A DNA stretch of 64,000 nucleotides from Candidatus Babelota bacterium (GCA_004375875.1 SOKE01000016.1:4423-68422); one strand, 5' to 3'; counted from the first letter of the stretch, positions 52,245 through 62,613 are shown. Numbers and translations: made by a program. The notes: generated by a model not told the origin, from the letters alone.

Positions 52245-53439
52245 GCCCTGCCAATTTTCTACTTACAGCCGATTTAATCATTCGCTTATGACTCCGTGCA
52301 TCCTTCTCTTCATTCTCTCTCAACACTGATGCTAACCATGCATCCAGTTTATCATATCCATCATTTTCCGCATCTGGAGCCTGTGCCAAAGGCACTTCTT
52401 GCATAGCTTCATCCTTTTGATTACTTTTATCCTGCTGTTCATTCATTCCTCCTTTTTGCTGCATTTCTTCCTGCTTAGCACGTGGTTGTGTAGCCTCTGG
52501 CCCCTGCCCCTGTTGCTCAGTCTCCTGCTTCTGTTCTTCCTTTTCTCCCTGCTCACCATGCTGGTTCTGTTCTTGATTCCGTTTTTTCTTCTCCGATTTT
52601 TTTTCCTGCTCTCCATCTTGATTACTTTGTTTTTGTTCTTTACGTTTCAGTTCTTGAGTTTGTTCCGAACCTTGGTTAGACTGCTCTTCTTGTTGCTCAG
52701 ATGTTTCTTGATTTTGATTTTGCTGCTCTTGCCCTTTTCTTTCCTTCTCTTCCTTTTCCTTTTCGTTCTCCTGCTCTTGATTGGATTTCGATTGTCCCGA
52801 TTCTTGTTCATCCCCATTCTTTTCCTGTTCTTCACGATTATTTTTTTTGTCAGCTGATGATTGCTGATTCTCTTGTTGCTCTTCTTTATTTTCTTTATTC
52901 TCCCGCTGTTGCTCTTGATTTTCTTTCTGTTGTTTTTCTTGTTGCTGCTTCTTATCACGTTCCTTTTGTTGTTTCTGCTGCTCCTGTTGTTTTTGCTCTT
53001 GTTGCTTCTGTTTAAGCATCTCTTTTACAATTCCCAAATTATGTTGAGCACGTTCGTTAGCAGGATTAATTTCAAGAACTTTTTCATATGCTGAAATAGC
53101 TTCTTCTAATTTTTCTTGCTCCACACAGCAATTACCAAGATTAAAATAGGAACACTCTGTAAGCAGATTATCTTCTTCATTATGTTCAGCAGCATGTTTA
53201 AAATAAGCATGAGCCTTATCTATTTCACCGATTTTAAAAGAAGCAACACCTGCATCATAAAGCAGGTCTGCCTTGTCTGGCGCATCAACTAACTTTTTCT
53301 TCAACAACTGCATAGCCTGCTGCCAGTCACCATGTTGTGCTGCATGTACAGCTCGATCATAACCAAACCAAGAAATACCATTCATGGTCTGGCACGCAAT
53401 TATTACAACAATTAAATTAAACATAAAATATCGATTCAT
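52222..53439 (-). CDS. batC: BatC-like TPR protein with a ~200-residue Q/E/K-rich low-complexity region
   Basis: N-terminal anchor followed by TPR units (ADLLYDAGVASFKIGEIDKAHAYFKHAAE; FNLGNCCVEQEKLEEAISAYEKVLEINP). The ATG at 53439 forms an ATGA overlap with the batB stop; the track GTG is at 53448. The stop codon is TAG. Confidence 0.6.
   Translation of the reverse strand: MNRYFMFNLIVVIIACQTMNGISWFGYDRAVHAAQHGDWQQAMQLLKKKLVDAPDKADLLYDAGVASFKIGEIDKAHAYFKHAAEHNEEDNLLTECSYFNLGNCCVEQEKLEEAISAYEKVLEINPANERAQHNLGIVKEMLKQKQQEQKQQEQQKQQKERDKKQQQEKQQKENQEQQRENKENKEEQQENQQSSADKKNNREEQEKNGDEQESGQSKSNQEQENEKEKEEKERKGQEQQNQNQETSEQQEEQSNQGSEQTQELKRKEQKQSNQDGEQEKKSEKKKRNQEQNQHGEQGEKEEQKQETEQQGQGPEATQPRAKQEEMQQKGGMNEQQDKSNQKDEAMQEVPLAQAPDAENDGYDKLDAWLASVLRENEEKDARSHKRMIKSAVSRKLAGHEGQNCW
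52414..53016 (-). repeat. Low-complexity Q/E/K-coding region within batC
   Basis: About 200 codons composed almost entirely of CAA/CAG/GAA/GAG/AAA/AAG. It generates long spurious ORFs on the opposite strand. Confidence 0.85.
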
Positions 53440-54455
53440 ATGATCCACTCAAGAGCAAAACAGATAAAACTTATCAATAGGAAGTATGGATATTGTTCAT
53501 CAAGCATTTCCATCTTTTTATCATCAAATTTTTCTTTTTCAAATGCTTCTATCTTACCAACCAAGCTTTTCAATTCATTATCATCTTTGTTACAACGAAA
53601 ATAAATCCCTCCTGAATCATGAGCCAAAGCATGCAAGATTCCTTCATTTAAACGGGATATTACCACTTTACCCTGCTTATCCAATTGATGACCAATTTGC
53701 TTACCTGATTCATCGTACAATGGAATTGGTGCCCCATCCGGAGTACCTACACCTAACGTAAAAATATTCAATCCCATTTCTATTGCCTTCTGTTTGATTC
53801 CTGCTAAATTGCTTGAAAAATCTTCTCCATCAGTAAAAAGAACAAACAATTTTGTCTTCTTTTCTGGAGTTGTAGCAAAAACTTCTAATGCTTTACGTAT
53901 TGCTTGATCAATAGCAGTTGTACCAGATGAAATAGTCTCAACATCCACTTGATCCAGAAACATAAAAAAAGCTGGATAATCGGTAGTAAGCGGACACTGT
54001 ACAAGCGCCGAGCCCGAAAAAAGAATCAAGCCAACTCGCTCACAGGAAAACATTGAAAAAAGGCGGCGAATTTTTTCTTTCGCACATGCTAAACGATTAG
54101 ATTCACAATCTGTCGCAAGCATACTACGTGAAATATCAAGTGCAATAAATAGGTCCCGACCCTCTTGAGCAATAGGTATCTCTTTTTTACGCGTGGCAGG
54201 ACGTAACAGTGCAAAAAATAATGCAATTAACCCTACGGAAAATAAAAAGGCTTTACCAATTGTACGCACCCGAGAAAAATGAGGCAATAACTCTTGCCAC
54301 CAAGAAGAAGCAGCCAAAATTTTTTGTACTGTTATAGTACGCCAGACATACCTCACAATAAACAATAGAAGTGCAATAATTACCGGAAGCAACAACAAAT
54401 TTTCAGCTGCTATCCAAATTATTCCTAACAACTCAATCTTCATATACCAAACCAA
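53436..54455 (-). CDS. batB: BatB-like von Willebrand factor A domain membrane protein
   Basis: Two N-terminal TMs, MIDAS motif LDISRSM, VLFTDGED, and a C-terminal TM. Confidence 0.7.
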   Translation of the reverse strand: MVWYMKIELLGIIWIAAENLLLLPVIIALLLFIVRYVWRTITVQKILAASSWWQELLPHFSRVRTIGKAFLFSVGLIALFFALLRPATRKKEIPIAQEGRDLFIALDISRSMLATDCESNRLACAKEKIRRLFSMFSCERVGLILFSGSALVQCPLTTDYPAFFMFLDQVDVETISSGTTAIDQAIRKALEVFATTPEKKTKLFVLFTDGEDFSSNLAGIKQKAIEMGLNIFTLGVGTPDGAPIPLYDESGKQIGHQLDKQGKVVISRLNEGILHALAHDSGGIYFRCNKDDNELKSLVGKIEAFEKEKFDDKKMEMLDEQYPYFLLISFICFALEWII

Positions 54456-55441
54456 ATCAATGATGACAAAAATAATTCAAGTACAAGTAATATAAATACA
54501 AACCACAAAAATGGCATAAAAATATCATAATAATGAGAAAATAAAGGCATCTCTTGCTCAATTTTTTCAAGTTGATCGATAGTGTCATAAATAGCACGCA
54601 TATCTTGTGGATTGTTTGCTAAAAAGAATTTCCCTCCCGTTTCTTTTGCTATGTTACTGAGTAATTCTTTATTAACTTTAGGATATGCCACAATACCATA
54701 GAAAGGATGCATAAATACTTTGTCTGTGTCACTTCCAATACCAACTGTATATATCTTTATTCCAAGCTGTTTGGCAACTTCAATTGCAACAGTTGGATCC
54801 AGATCCCCCTCACTTGGAGTACCATCAGTAAGCAAAATAATAATATTACTCCGTGCATTCGCTTTTGTTTTGCGTAAGCGATTAATCGCGGTAATGAGAC
54901 CTCGCGCAAGTAATGTCCCATCAGGATTAATTGTTCCAATATCTACCTCTTCAATAATGCTGTTTAGGATCTTTTTATCAAGCGTAAGCGGACACCGTGA
55001 TATCGCATCATTCGCAAAAAGTACAAGTCCAATTGCATCATTATCCCGTTTATTGATAAAACGAATTGCTTCCTCTTTGGCAACATTTATACGAGAACGA
55101 TTATCATTCTCATCATCCTGCAGATGCATACTTCCAGAAATATCCAGTGTTAAAATTATATTGATACCTTCCACTTTAACTTTGGATTGCAAATCAACCA
55201 GTTGAGGACGTGCAATTAAGAAAGCTATACCAAGCAAAGAAAGCATTCGCAAAACAAATAAAATTTTCTTATATGGATGATTAGATGCAAGTCCAGACTG
55301 CTTGAATTCTGAGGCAAGCGAATAGCGATAGCGAGCCTGCCTTGCCCAACGCAAACGGATAAATGCCAAAATAATAAGACTTGGCAAAAACAGATAAAGT
55401 ACAAATGGATAAGCAAAGCGGAACATAAATTCCACTATCAC
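54440..55441 (-). CDS. batA: BatA-like von Willebrand factor A domain membrane protein
   Basis: N-terminal TMs, MIDAS motif LDISGSM, ILLTDGTPSEG, and a C-terminal TM. Confidence 0.7.
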   Translation of the reverse strand: MIVEFMFRFAYPFVLYLFLPSLIILAFIRLRWARQARYRYSLASEFKQSGLASNHPYKKILFVLRMLSLLGIAFLIARPQLVDLQSKVKVEGINIILTLDISGSMHLQDDENDNRSRINVAKEEAIRFINKRDNDAIGLVLFANDAISRCPLTLDKKILNSIIEEVDIGTINPDGTLLARGLITAINRLRKTKANARSNIIILLTDGTPSEGDLDPTVAIEVAKQLGIKIYTVGIGSDTDKVFMHPFYGIVAYPKVNKELLSNIAKETGGKFFLANNPQDMRAIYDTIDQLEKIEQEMPLFSHYYDIFMPFLWFVFILLVLELFLSSLIWFGI

Positions 55442-56166
55442 CTCTCAGTTTGTTCAAGAAACCATTGATATACTCGATTTTTAAATACTTCATCGCTCTC
55501 ACCTTCTTGCAGGTACATTGGCTTACCAACGACCACATAAATAGGATACCAATATGCTAGAAAAGAGCCAGGGGGATACACTTTATTGATATTGAAAATT
55601 CTAACTGGAATAACTGGACGCCCTGTCTTTCGCGCTAGTAGTACAAAGCCGCTAAAAAATTCATGTACTTTCCCATCAGTATTACGCTGTCCTTCAGGAA
55701 ATACCATTGCATGGGCTTTATATTTCTGTAACGTATCAACTGCTTTGCGCAATGAACTGACAGCTTTTTGCAAAGAAGAAACATCAATAGGAATAGATAA
55801 ACGTCGGATCAATAATCCTAAAGCAAACCATTTATACAAAGCAACCCAAGCAAGCCAAATATGAGGAAAACCACCAACAAGCACTCCTACCAAAGGAACA
55901 TCAAGGACTGACTGATGATTTGCCACAATAATCACCGGTTTCTTAGGAATATTTTCTGCTCCGCGAACGGTTATTGATAAAAAAGTACTTTTCAGCAAGG
56001 CAATATATGTAATATGAATCCACCAATAAAATAATCGACTACTGAAGCGCCATCGCTCCGGCAACAACAAAAAGAATGTTCCTGGTATTGCAAAAATAAT
56101 GAGAATAATCGCAGCGAGCAGGTATGAGAGAAGCGATCGTAATAATCGTAATAAAATAAGCAGCAT
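55438..56166 (-). CDS. plsC: 1-acyl-sn-glycerol-3-phosphate acyltransferase
   Basis: HxxxxD block ANHQSVLDVP, FPEGQRN block and an N-terminal TM. It overlaps batA by 4 nt. Confidence 0.8.
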   Translation of the reverse strand: MLLILLRLLRSLLSYLLAAIILIIFAIPGTFFLLLPERWRFSSRLFYWWIHITYIALLKSTFLSITVRGAENIPKKPVIIVANHQSVLDVPLVGVLVGGFPHIWLAWVALYKWFALGLLIRRLSIPIDVSSLQKAVSSLRKAVDTLQKYKAHAMVFPEGQRNTDGKVHEFFSGFVLLARKTGRPVIPVRIFNINKVYPPGSFLAYWYPIYVVVGKPMYLQEGESDEVFKNRVYQWFLEQTER

Positions 56167-56175
56167 TTATTCTCC

Positions 56176-56997
56176 TTATTTTTCTGATGGTTTACCGCCA
56201 AAATAGAGGGAAAACTGCTCATGTACTTGTTTTATATAAAGATTTGTAAAGATGCAAATTGGAATGGGAATTAAAAAAATAGTTGAATAAAAACATATGT
56301 TCCACGCAAGTTCAACAAAAAGATATTTAAATAAAATATTCCAAAATAGGTTTAAAAATAAGAAAATAACAGAGTACATAATAAAATAAGCAGGATAATT
56401 GAATATAATCATCTTTATCGAGCGTATCAATGAAAGCATAATTGATCGAAAACCCTTATCAGAATCTAAATAAAAAAGAGTAAATAAGACAACAAAAGGA
56501 GAAATCAATAGTTGAAAAAAAATAGATAATTCTACCTGGTTGAATCGACTGAGATCAGAAAGTATATATTGAATAGGAACAGAAAAAACAAAAGTAATTA
56601 TCTGTGAAAATGATATAAAAGGGGTTAAACCACTAGGTCGATTAAATAAAATACGTGAATAATAACTAAAAAATGCAAGTACTATAACCAAAAAAGGGAT
56701 AATGTAATAAGATAAAATGTATTTTCCAAAATATCCCCAATTTTTTAAGGAAACAGAAGATCGCACAATTAACACCACAATATAAGTAAACAATAAAGGG
56801 CCCATATACATTATCAGCAGACCAAGAGCAGTCCGATGAAATGGCACTGTTAATAATACTAAAATCAGCCACCAAAAATAGCGGAATAATATCTTGTATG
56901 TTTCCCAAATAGATTTGACCGTAACTAAGAAAAAAAGCTTAAAATTTGTCGGTTTAAAAATGAGCAATGATTCTTTCCAAGATTGTAATAAATACAT
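56176..56997 (-). CDS. Polytopic membrane protein, tandem paralog 1 (family not recognised)
   Basis: It shares both N- and C-termini with 57023..57928 (SWKESLLxFKPxxFKxF...ETYKxLFRYFWWL...LFTNxYxKxVxEQ). About 6-7 TM helices. Confidence 0.5.
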   Translation of the reverse strand: MYLLQSWKESLLIFKPTNFKLFFLVTVKSIWETYKILFRYFWWLILVLLTVPFHRTALGLLIMYMGPLLFTYIVVLIVRSSVSLKNWGYFGKYILSYYIIPFLVIVLAFFSYYSRILFNRPSGLTPFISFSQIITFVFSVPIQYILSDLSRFNQVELSIFFQLLISPFVVLFTLFYLDSDKGFRSIMLSLIRSIKMIIFNYPAYFIMYSVIFLFLNLFWNILFKYLFVELAWNICFYSTIFLIPIPICIFTNLYIKQVHEQFSLYFGGKPSEK

Positions 56998-57022
56998 AAC
57001 AATCTCTCCTTCTAAAAACTAC

Positions 57023-57928
57023 TTATTCCCACATCGAAAGACTTTCTTCAAAATAGATCTTATATTGTTCCTTTACTCGTTTACCATAAAAGTTAGTAAA
57101 CAGACAAATAGCAATAGGCGATAATAATATAATGCCAAGATTATGAACAGTTATCGCCATGCTATATGATAAGAGATATCTAATAATTAAATTAAAAAAA
57201 GCTCCTATGACAACAAGAAACATATGCATGATAAAACAAAAAGGATAATTATACCAAGTCATTTTTAATGCTCGCATAGCCGAAAAAAAGCTCGTCTTGA
57301 AATGGTATTTTCCTGAATCAAGTAAGAATAAAATAAAAAATATTATCAAAGGAAAGAGCCATATGGTCATTAATCCTACTATTACCAAATCAATAAAAAT
57401 AAAAGCATCAATATACTTTAAAAACTCTCCCAAAAGTATCCAAAAAAATACTAACCCAGCAATAGCACCACCAAGAGAATAAAATATCGCTCCTATAAGT
57501 ATCCCCATTGGCCCACTAAAGTTAGCACCCGTATGCCTGGCAAAAAGCATAAAAAAAGAAACGATAATTCCCCACACAAAAAACGGCACAAAATAAACTA
57601 TGCGCTGTATAAAATAAGCAAAATTTTTCTTTGTCGCTGAAGGACGTGCGGCTAAAAAAACAACAAAAACAAAAAACAGTTCGACTATCCAATTGATAAG
57701 ATAATTTTTAGCATGCAAATAAATAGGATATGCATGATAATACGCATGGATAGGATATACATAATAATAGGCAACCATTACATAAATAAGCACCAGCCAC
57801 CAAAAATAGCGGAATAATAATTTATACGTTTCAAAAGCAGTTTTGAATGTATTCAACAAAAAAAATTTAAAATGGACTGGCTTAAAAAACAGCAGCGACT
57901 CTTTCCATGATTCTAATAATTGATGCAT
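57023..57928 (-). CDS. Polytopic membrane protein, tandem paralog 2 (family not recognised)
   Basis: See 56176..56997. MHQLLESWKESLLFFKPVHFKFFLLNTFKTAFETYKLLFRYFWWLVL. Confidence 0.5.
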   Translation of the reverse strand: MHQLLESWKESLLFFKPVHFKFFLLNTFKTAFETYKLLFRYFWWLVLIYVMVAYYYVYPIHAYYHAYPIYLHAKNYLINWIVELFFVFVVFLAARPSATKKNFAYFIQRIVYFVPFFVWGIIVSFFMLFARHTGANFSGPMGILIGAIFYSLGGAIAGLVFFWILLGEFLKYIDAFIFIDLVIVGLMTIWLFPLIIFFILFLLDSGKYHFKTSFFSAMRALKMTWYNYPFCFIMHMFLVVIGAFFNLIIRYLLSYSMAITVHNLGIILLSPIAICLFTNFYGKRVKEQYKIYFEESLSMWE

Positions 57929-58246
57929 GATTCTCTCCTTATTCCTTGGACAATCAGTTATATAACCATCCTACCCTAAAAATAAATGGCATGCAAAATT
58001 GGAAAGCCTAACATCTGCCTAAATTGACCTTTGATCACTTATTTTTAATGATGTCAGGAAACAACTTCAAAATCAGTAAATATGGCTATAAAACCTCAGA
58101 TCGCCTTAAATTATTTGACATTTAGAAAATTTTTTATATATCCTATAAAAAGAAATAAACGTCATGAATTTGACCTTATAAAAAAATGCATTACTTTTTA
58201 TAAAAATGGTGGATATAAAGGTTAATTAAAGAAGCAAATAGATACT

Positions 58247-60520
58247 ATGAAGAAACTGATAATTGTAGAGTCACCCGCAAAAACACGAACAATCAGCAAA
58301 TTTCTGGGCAAAGAGTATAAAATTATCTCAACTATGGGCCATATCAAGGATTTACCTATCAAAGAGTTAGGTATTACTATGAATGGTACCATTGATATTG
58401 ACTATGTAACTATCGAAAATAAAGATGATATCATTGCCAATATTCGTAAAGAAGCAGAAACGGCCGATGAAATCTATCTTGCGCCCGATCCTGATCGTGA
58501 AGGGGAGATTATCGCATGGCATATTGACCAGGAAATAAAAAATGTCGTTAAAGAACCGGGTAAAATCTACCGCATAATGTTTAATGAAATAACCAAGCCT
58601 GCCGTGATTGAGGCAATTAAAAATCCTTCAAATATTGATATACAAAGGGTACGCGCTCAACAAGCTCGTCGCGTACTTGATCGGTGGGTTGGATATGAAG
58701 TCTCACCTATTTTATGGCAAAAAATTGCTAAAGGTCTTTCAGCTGGTCGTGTTCAATCGGTAACACTACGCCTTATCTGTGAACGTGAAGAGTCCATCAG
58801 AATTTTCAAGCCACAAGAATATTGGACAATCAATGGATTATTTGCCCGAAATAGCGATCAACTTGAAGCTTCTCTAACACATATCGGTAAGAAAAAAATT
58901 GACATAAAAAATAAAAAAGAAGCTGATAATATACTCAATCAATTAAAAAAACAGAGCTATATTGTCGATTCTATAACTGACAAGACACGCACCAAAAATC
59001 CTTTACCACCATTTATGACGAGTACCCTGCAACAATCTGCCTTTAATCGTCTTGGTATGCCAGTTAGAAAAACAATGCAGTTGGCGCAACAACTCTATGA
59101 AGGAATACCACTCGATGATCAAAAAGTACCAATCGCATTAATTACATACATGCGAACTGATTCATTGCGTATATCTGAAACAGCTCTAAAGCAAGCACGT
59201 TCGTTTATTTCTAAGAGTTACAGTAAAGAATATTTACCACCACATGCTAATATATATGCTAAGAAGAAAGGCAAGACACAAGATGCACACGAAGCTATTC
59301 GTCCTATCGATGTAACTTTAACACCTGAAAAGGTAAAAAAATATTTACCACCGGATGCAGCAAAAGTATACACGCTTATTTGGCAACGATTTGTGGCTTC
59401 ACAAATGAAATCAGCTCAATATGCACAACGTCAAGTAGTGCTTAAGGGTGGACAATTTATATTTAAAGTAACTGGTTCTACATTGCTTTTTGATGGTTTT
59501 TTGAAAGTTTATGGCATTATTGACGAGGAAGAAGAAAAAGAAAAAAAGGTTATTATCCCAAAAGATCTCAAAGCAAAAGAACCTGTAGATCTCACAAAAG
59601 TTCTCCCAAAGCAACATTTTACACAACCACCACCGCGCTACACAGAAGCATCCCTGATTAAGGAACTTGAAAAAGAAGGCATTGGCCGTCCAAGCACGTA
59701 TGCTACAATTTTAAATACAATCCAAGCGCGCTCTTATACTACACTTGATAATAAAAAACGATTTACACCAACTGAGCTTGGTATGACAGTCACTAAATTG
59801 TTAGTAAAACACTTGCCAGACATCATAAATGTTAAGTTCACAGCGCATATGGAAGAAGAACTTGATAAAATTGCACAAGGTGATCTCGAACGAGATACTC
59901 TTTTGCGTGAATTTTACAAAGCATTCAAAAAGGATTTATCTGATTTCAAAAAATCAATTGGCGTTGGCAAAAAGCATGTTGAAACAACCGACATTCTTTG
60001 CCCAAAATGCAAAAAAACAAAATTAGTTATTCGATTCGGAAAAATGGGAGAATTTCTTGGTTGCATGAACTACCCAGATTGTACTTTTACATCCAACTTT
60101 AAACGTGATGAAACAGGAAAAATACAGCTTATTCAACCAGAAGGGCCTATACTCCTTGAGGAAAAATGTCCAGAATGTGGAAGACAATTGAGACAAGTAG
60201 TTGGAAAATTCGGTCCATTTATCGCTTGCTCAGGCTATCCAAAATGCACGTACATTCATCGAGAAAAAGCAAGCTTTAAATGTCTAAAATGCAAAAAAGG
60301 AAACATTATTAAACGTCGCTGGCGCGGAGGTATTTTTTGGGGATGCGATCAATACCCAGAGTGTAAGTTTGCTGTTTTCGGTGATATTGAAGAAACACCG
60401 TGTCCATTATGCCAATCACCATTTCTCGTAAAAAAAGTAGCAAAAGACGGAAAAATTACTCTTTTCTGTCATAACAAAACATGTCCTTACAAAATAGAAA
60501 AAGAAGAAGCTACCGCATGA
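58247..60520 (+). CDS. topA: DNA topoisomerase I
   Basis: Toprim IVESPAKTRTISKFLG and DPDREGE, catalytic Tyr context ITYMRTDS, and four C-terminal CxxC...C zinc-ribbon modules. Confidence 0.95.
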   Translation: MKKLIIVESPAKTRTISKFLGKEYKIISTMGHIKDLPIKELGITMNGTIDIDYVTIENKDDIIANIRKEAETADEIYLAPDPDREGEIIAWHIDQEIKNVVKEPGKIYRIMFNEITKPAVIEAIKNPSNIDIQRVRAQQARRVLDRWVGYEVSPILWQKIAKGLSAGRVQSVTLRLICEREESIRIFKPQEYWTINGLFARNSDQLEASLTHIGKKKIDIKNKKEADNILNQLKKQSYIVDSITDKTRTKNPLPPFMTSTLQQSAFNRLGMPVRKTMQLAQQLYEGIPLDDQKVPIALITYMRTDSLRISETALKQARSFISKSYSKEYLPPHANIYAKKKGKTQDAHEAIRPIDVTLTPEKVKKYLPPDAAKVYTLIWQRFVASQMKSAQYAQRQVVLKGGQFIFKVTGSTLLFDGFLKVYGIIDEEEEKEKKVIIPKDLKAKEPVDLTKVLPKQHFTQPPPRYTEASLIKELEKEGIGRPSTYATILNTIQARSYTTLDNKKRFTPTELGMTVTKLLVKHLPDIINVKFTAHMEEELDKIAQGDLERDTLLREFYKAFKKDLSDFKKSIGVGKKHVETTDILCPKCKKTKLVIRFGKMGEFLGCMNYPDCTFTSNFKRDETGKIQLIQPEGPILLEEKCPECGRQLRQVVGKFGPFIACSGYPKCTYIHREKASFKCLKCKKGNIIKRRWRGGIFWGCDQYPECKFAVFGDIEETPCPLCQSPFLVKKVAKDGKITLFCHNKTCPYKIEKEEATA

Positions 60521-60574
60521 TGTCATTAAACACTTTAATTTCAACAGATAAAAAACATTAAAGTATAGTGCACA

Positions 60575-62524
60575 TTATCGCAATTTTGTACCGTCGGGTA
60601 CCGATGTTGTTGGTGTAATATATTCTAAGCGACCTTTTTCTGATTCAGCAAAAAGCATCATACCGTGTGATTCCATGCCGAGCATTTTACGAGGCTTGAG
60701 ATTGTAAATAAACACTGCTTGTTTACCAATCAAATCATCAGGTTGATACCATTTTTTCACACCTGCAAGGACGGTACGCACCCCTTTAGGACCAAAATTG
60801 ACCGTTAATTTGAGCAACTTATCTGATTTTGGAATTTCTTCACAATTTTCAATTGTTCCTACACGCAATTCAATTTGTGCCGCTACATCAATTGGAATTG
60901 TACTCTCTTGCTCTTTTGCAGAACCTTGTTGAGTACATTCTCTGCTTCCTTGTTTCTCTTTTGATTCCAATATTACCTTTTCAAATAAGGCTGGTATAAA
61001 CGTGAGCTTAAATTCCTCTGTCCATCGATTCAGCTTTAAATTTGTAATAATATTATGCTCAACATCAAAAGAAAACCCAAGAGCTGAAATTAACTCTTCC
61101 ATCTTGCTTGGCATTGTTGGCCAAAGTAAAAACGCAATCGTATGTAAGCTGTGACACGTTGCCGAAAGCACCTCAATAAATTGGCCTAGATCCTTCTTTG
61201 CCAATTTCCACGGTTCTTGTGCATGAAAATATGCATTAACGTGAGCAATAAATTTCCATATCCGAGCTAAAGCCATATGAAATAGATAATCTTCCATATA
61301 TTTTTCTACATCGTCTATCATATTCCATGCTTCTTCACGAAGTTTAAGTGCCGCTTCAGACCAATTAGTTTGTACAGCTATAGTTGAAACATTATTTTTT
61401 TGCGCCAGCATGAGCATGCGATTAACTAAATTACCAAGATCATTAGCTAAATCGGAAGTTATTCGTTGTTCCAAATCTTCAAGACAAAAATCACCATCTT
61501 GAGTCACCGGAATTTGTCGTAGCAAATAGTAACGAATAGGTTCAGCACCATATTTTTCATATAAAATTTCTGGATCAACAATATTTGCAAGTGATTTTGA
61601 CATTTTTTTACCACAAATGGTAATCCATCCATGCACAAGTAACTGTTTCGGCAATTTAAGATTAGCAGACATTAAAAAAGCTGGCCAATAGACTGCATGA
61701 AAGCGAACAATATCCTTCCCCAAAATATGCAGATCAGCTGGCCACCAAAAATCGAATTCTTTTTTTTTATTTGACTGACCATACCCAATAGCACTGATAT
61801 AGTTGATAAGCGCATCAACCCATACATAACACGTATGAGAAGGATCATTAGGAAAAGGAATACCCCATTTAACAGTTGTGCGAGAAATACTTAAATCTTT
61901 CAATCCTGCTTTAACAAAACTAATAACTTCTTGGAATCGTTCACGTGGCGTTATAAAATCAGGATTTTCTTTGTAAAATTTCAGTAATTTATCTTGATAT
62001 GCTGAAAGCTTAAAGAAATAAGCCTCTTCGGAGGTAAAAGATGTTGGACGTTTACATAATGGACAAGCAGGCCCTTGATCAGGTTTATAAGTAAGGCTTC
62101 TATCATAATCAGTTTCAGTTAAATATGCTTCACAATGAATGCAATACCACCCTTCATAATATGCCTTATAAATATCTCCAGTTTTCTGAACTTTTTTTAT
62201 CCATGCTTGTACTGCATCTTCGTGCCGTGAATCTGTGGTACGAATAAAATCATTATAGGAAAGCTCATAATCACGCCAAATTTTTTTATATACATCAATA
62301 AAACTATCAACAAACACCTTTGGCTCTTTACCAGCTTCTTTTGCAGCCTGAGCAACCTTTTGACCGTGCTCATCAGTACCAGTCAAAAAAAATGTTTTTT
62401 TACCTTGTAATTTGTTCCAACGAGCACAAACATCGGCAAGCACTGTTGAGTAAAGCGATCCGAGATGTGGCCGTGCCGTAACATAATAAATAGGTGTTGT
62501 TACATAAAATTTTTTATTACTCAT
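60575..62524 (-). CDS. metG: Methionine--tRNA ligase with a C-terminal tRNA-binding (Trbp111/EMAPII-like) domain
   Basis: HIGH-type RPHLGSLY, zinc knuckles CIHC...CPLC, KMSKSL, and a C-terminal OB domain (IELRVGTIENCEEIPKSDKLLKLTVNFG). Confidence 0.95.
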   Translation of the reverse strand: MSNKKFYVTTPIYYVTARPHLGSLYSTVLADVCARWNKLQGKKTFFLTGTDEHGQKVAQAAKEAGKEPKVFVDSFIDVYKKIWRDYELSYNDFIRTTDSRHEDAVQAWIKKVQKTGDIYKAYYEGWYCIHCEAYLTETDYDRSLTYKPDQGPACPLCKRPTSFTSEEAYFFKLSAYQDKLLKFYKENPDFITPRERFQEVISFVKAGLKDLSISRTTVKWGIPFPNDPSHTCYVWVDALINYISAIGYGQSNKKKEFDFWWPADLHILGKDIVRFHAVYWPAFLMSANLKLPKQLLVHGWITICGKKMSKSLANIVDPEILYEKYGAEPIRYYLLRQIPVTQDGDFCLEDLEQRITSDLANDLGNLVNRMLMLAQKNNVSTIAVQTNWSEAALKLREEAWNMIDDVEKYMEDYLFHMALARIWKFIAHVNAYFHAQEPWKLAKKDLGQFIEVLSATCHSLHTIAFLLWPTMPSKMEELISALGFSFDVEHNIITNLKLNRWTEEFKLTFIPALFEKVILESKEKQGSRECTQQGSAKEQESTIPIDVAAQIELRVGTIENCEEIPKSDKLLKLTVNFGPKGVRTVLAGVKKWYQPDDLIGKQAVFIYNLKPRKMLGMESHGMMLFAESEKGRLEYITPTTSVPDGTKLR

Positions 62525-62613
62525 GCTTGCCTTTATAAAATCTTTAACTTAGATTTCCTACTATAAAAATCATCTGATAATACTTACAGTATAGCATAAA
62601 AACTAATTTGACC

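Noticed and set aside
52399-53094. Plus-strand ORFs 52399..52857, 52701..53015 and 52861..53094, plus minus-strand alternative frame 52647..52958
   Set aside because: These are mirror or alternate-frame products of the Q/E/K low-complexity region of batC (poly-L/F/S translations). They have no independent signals.
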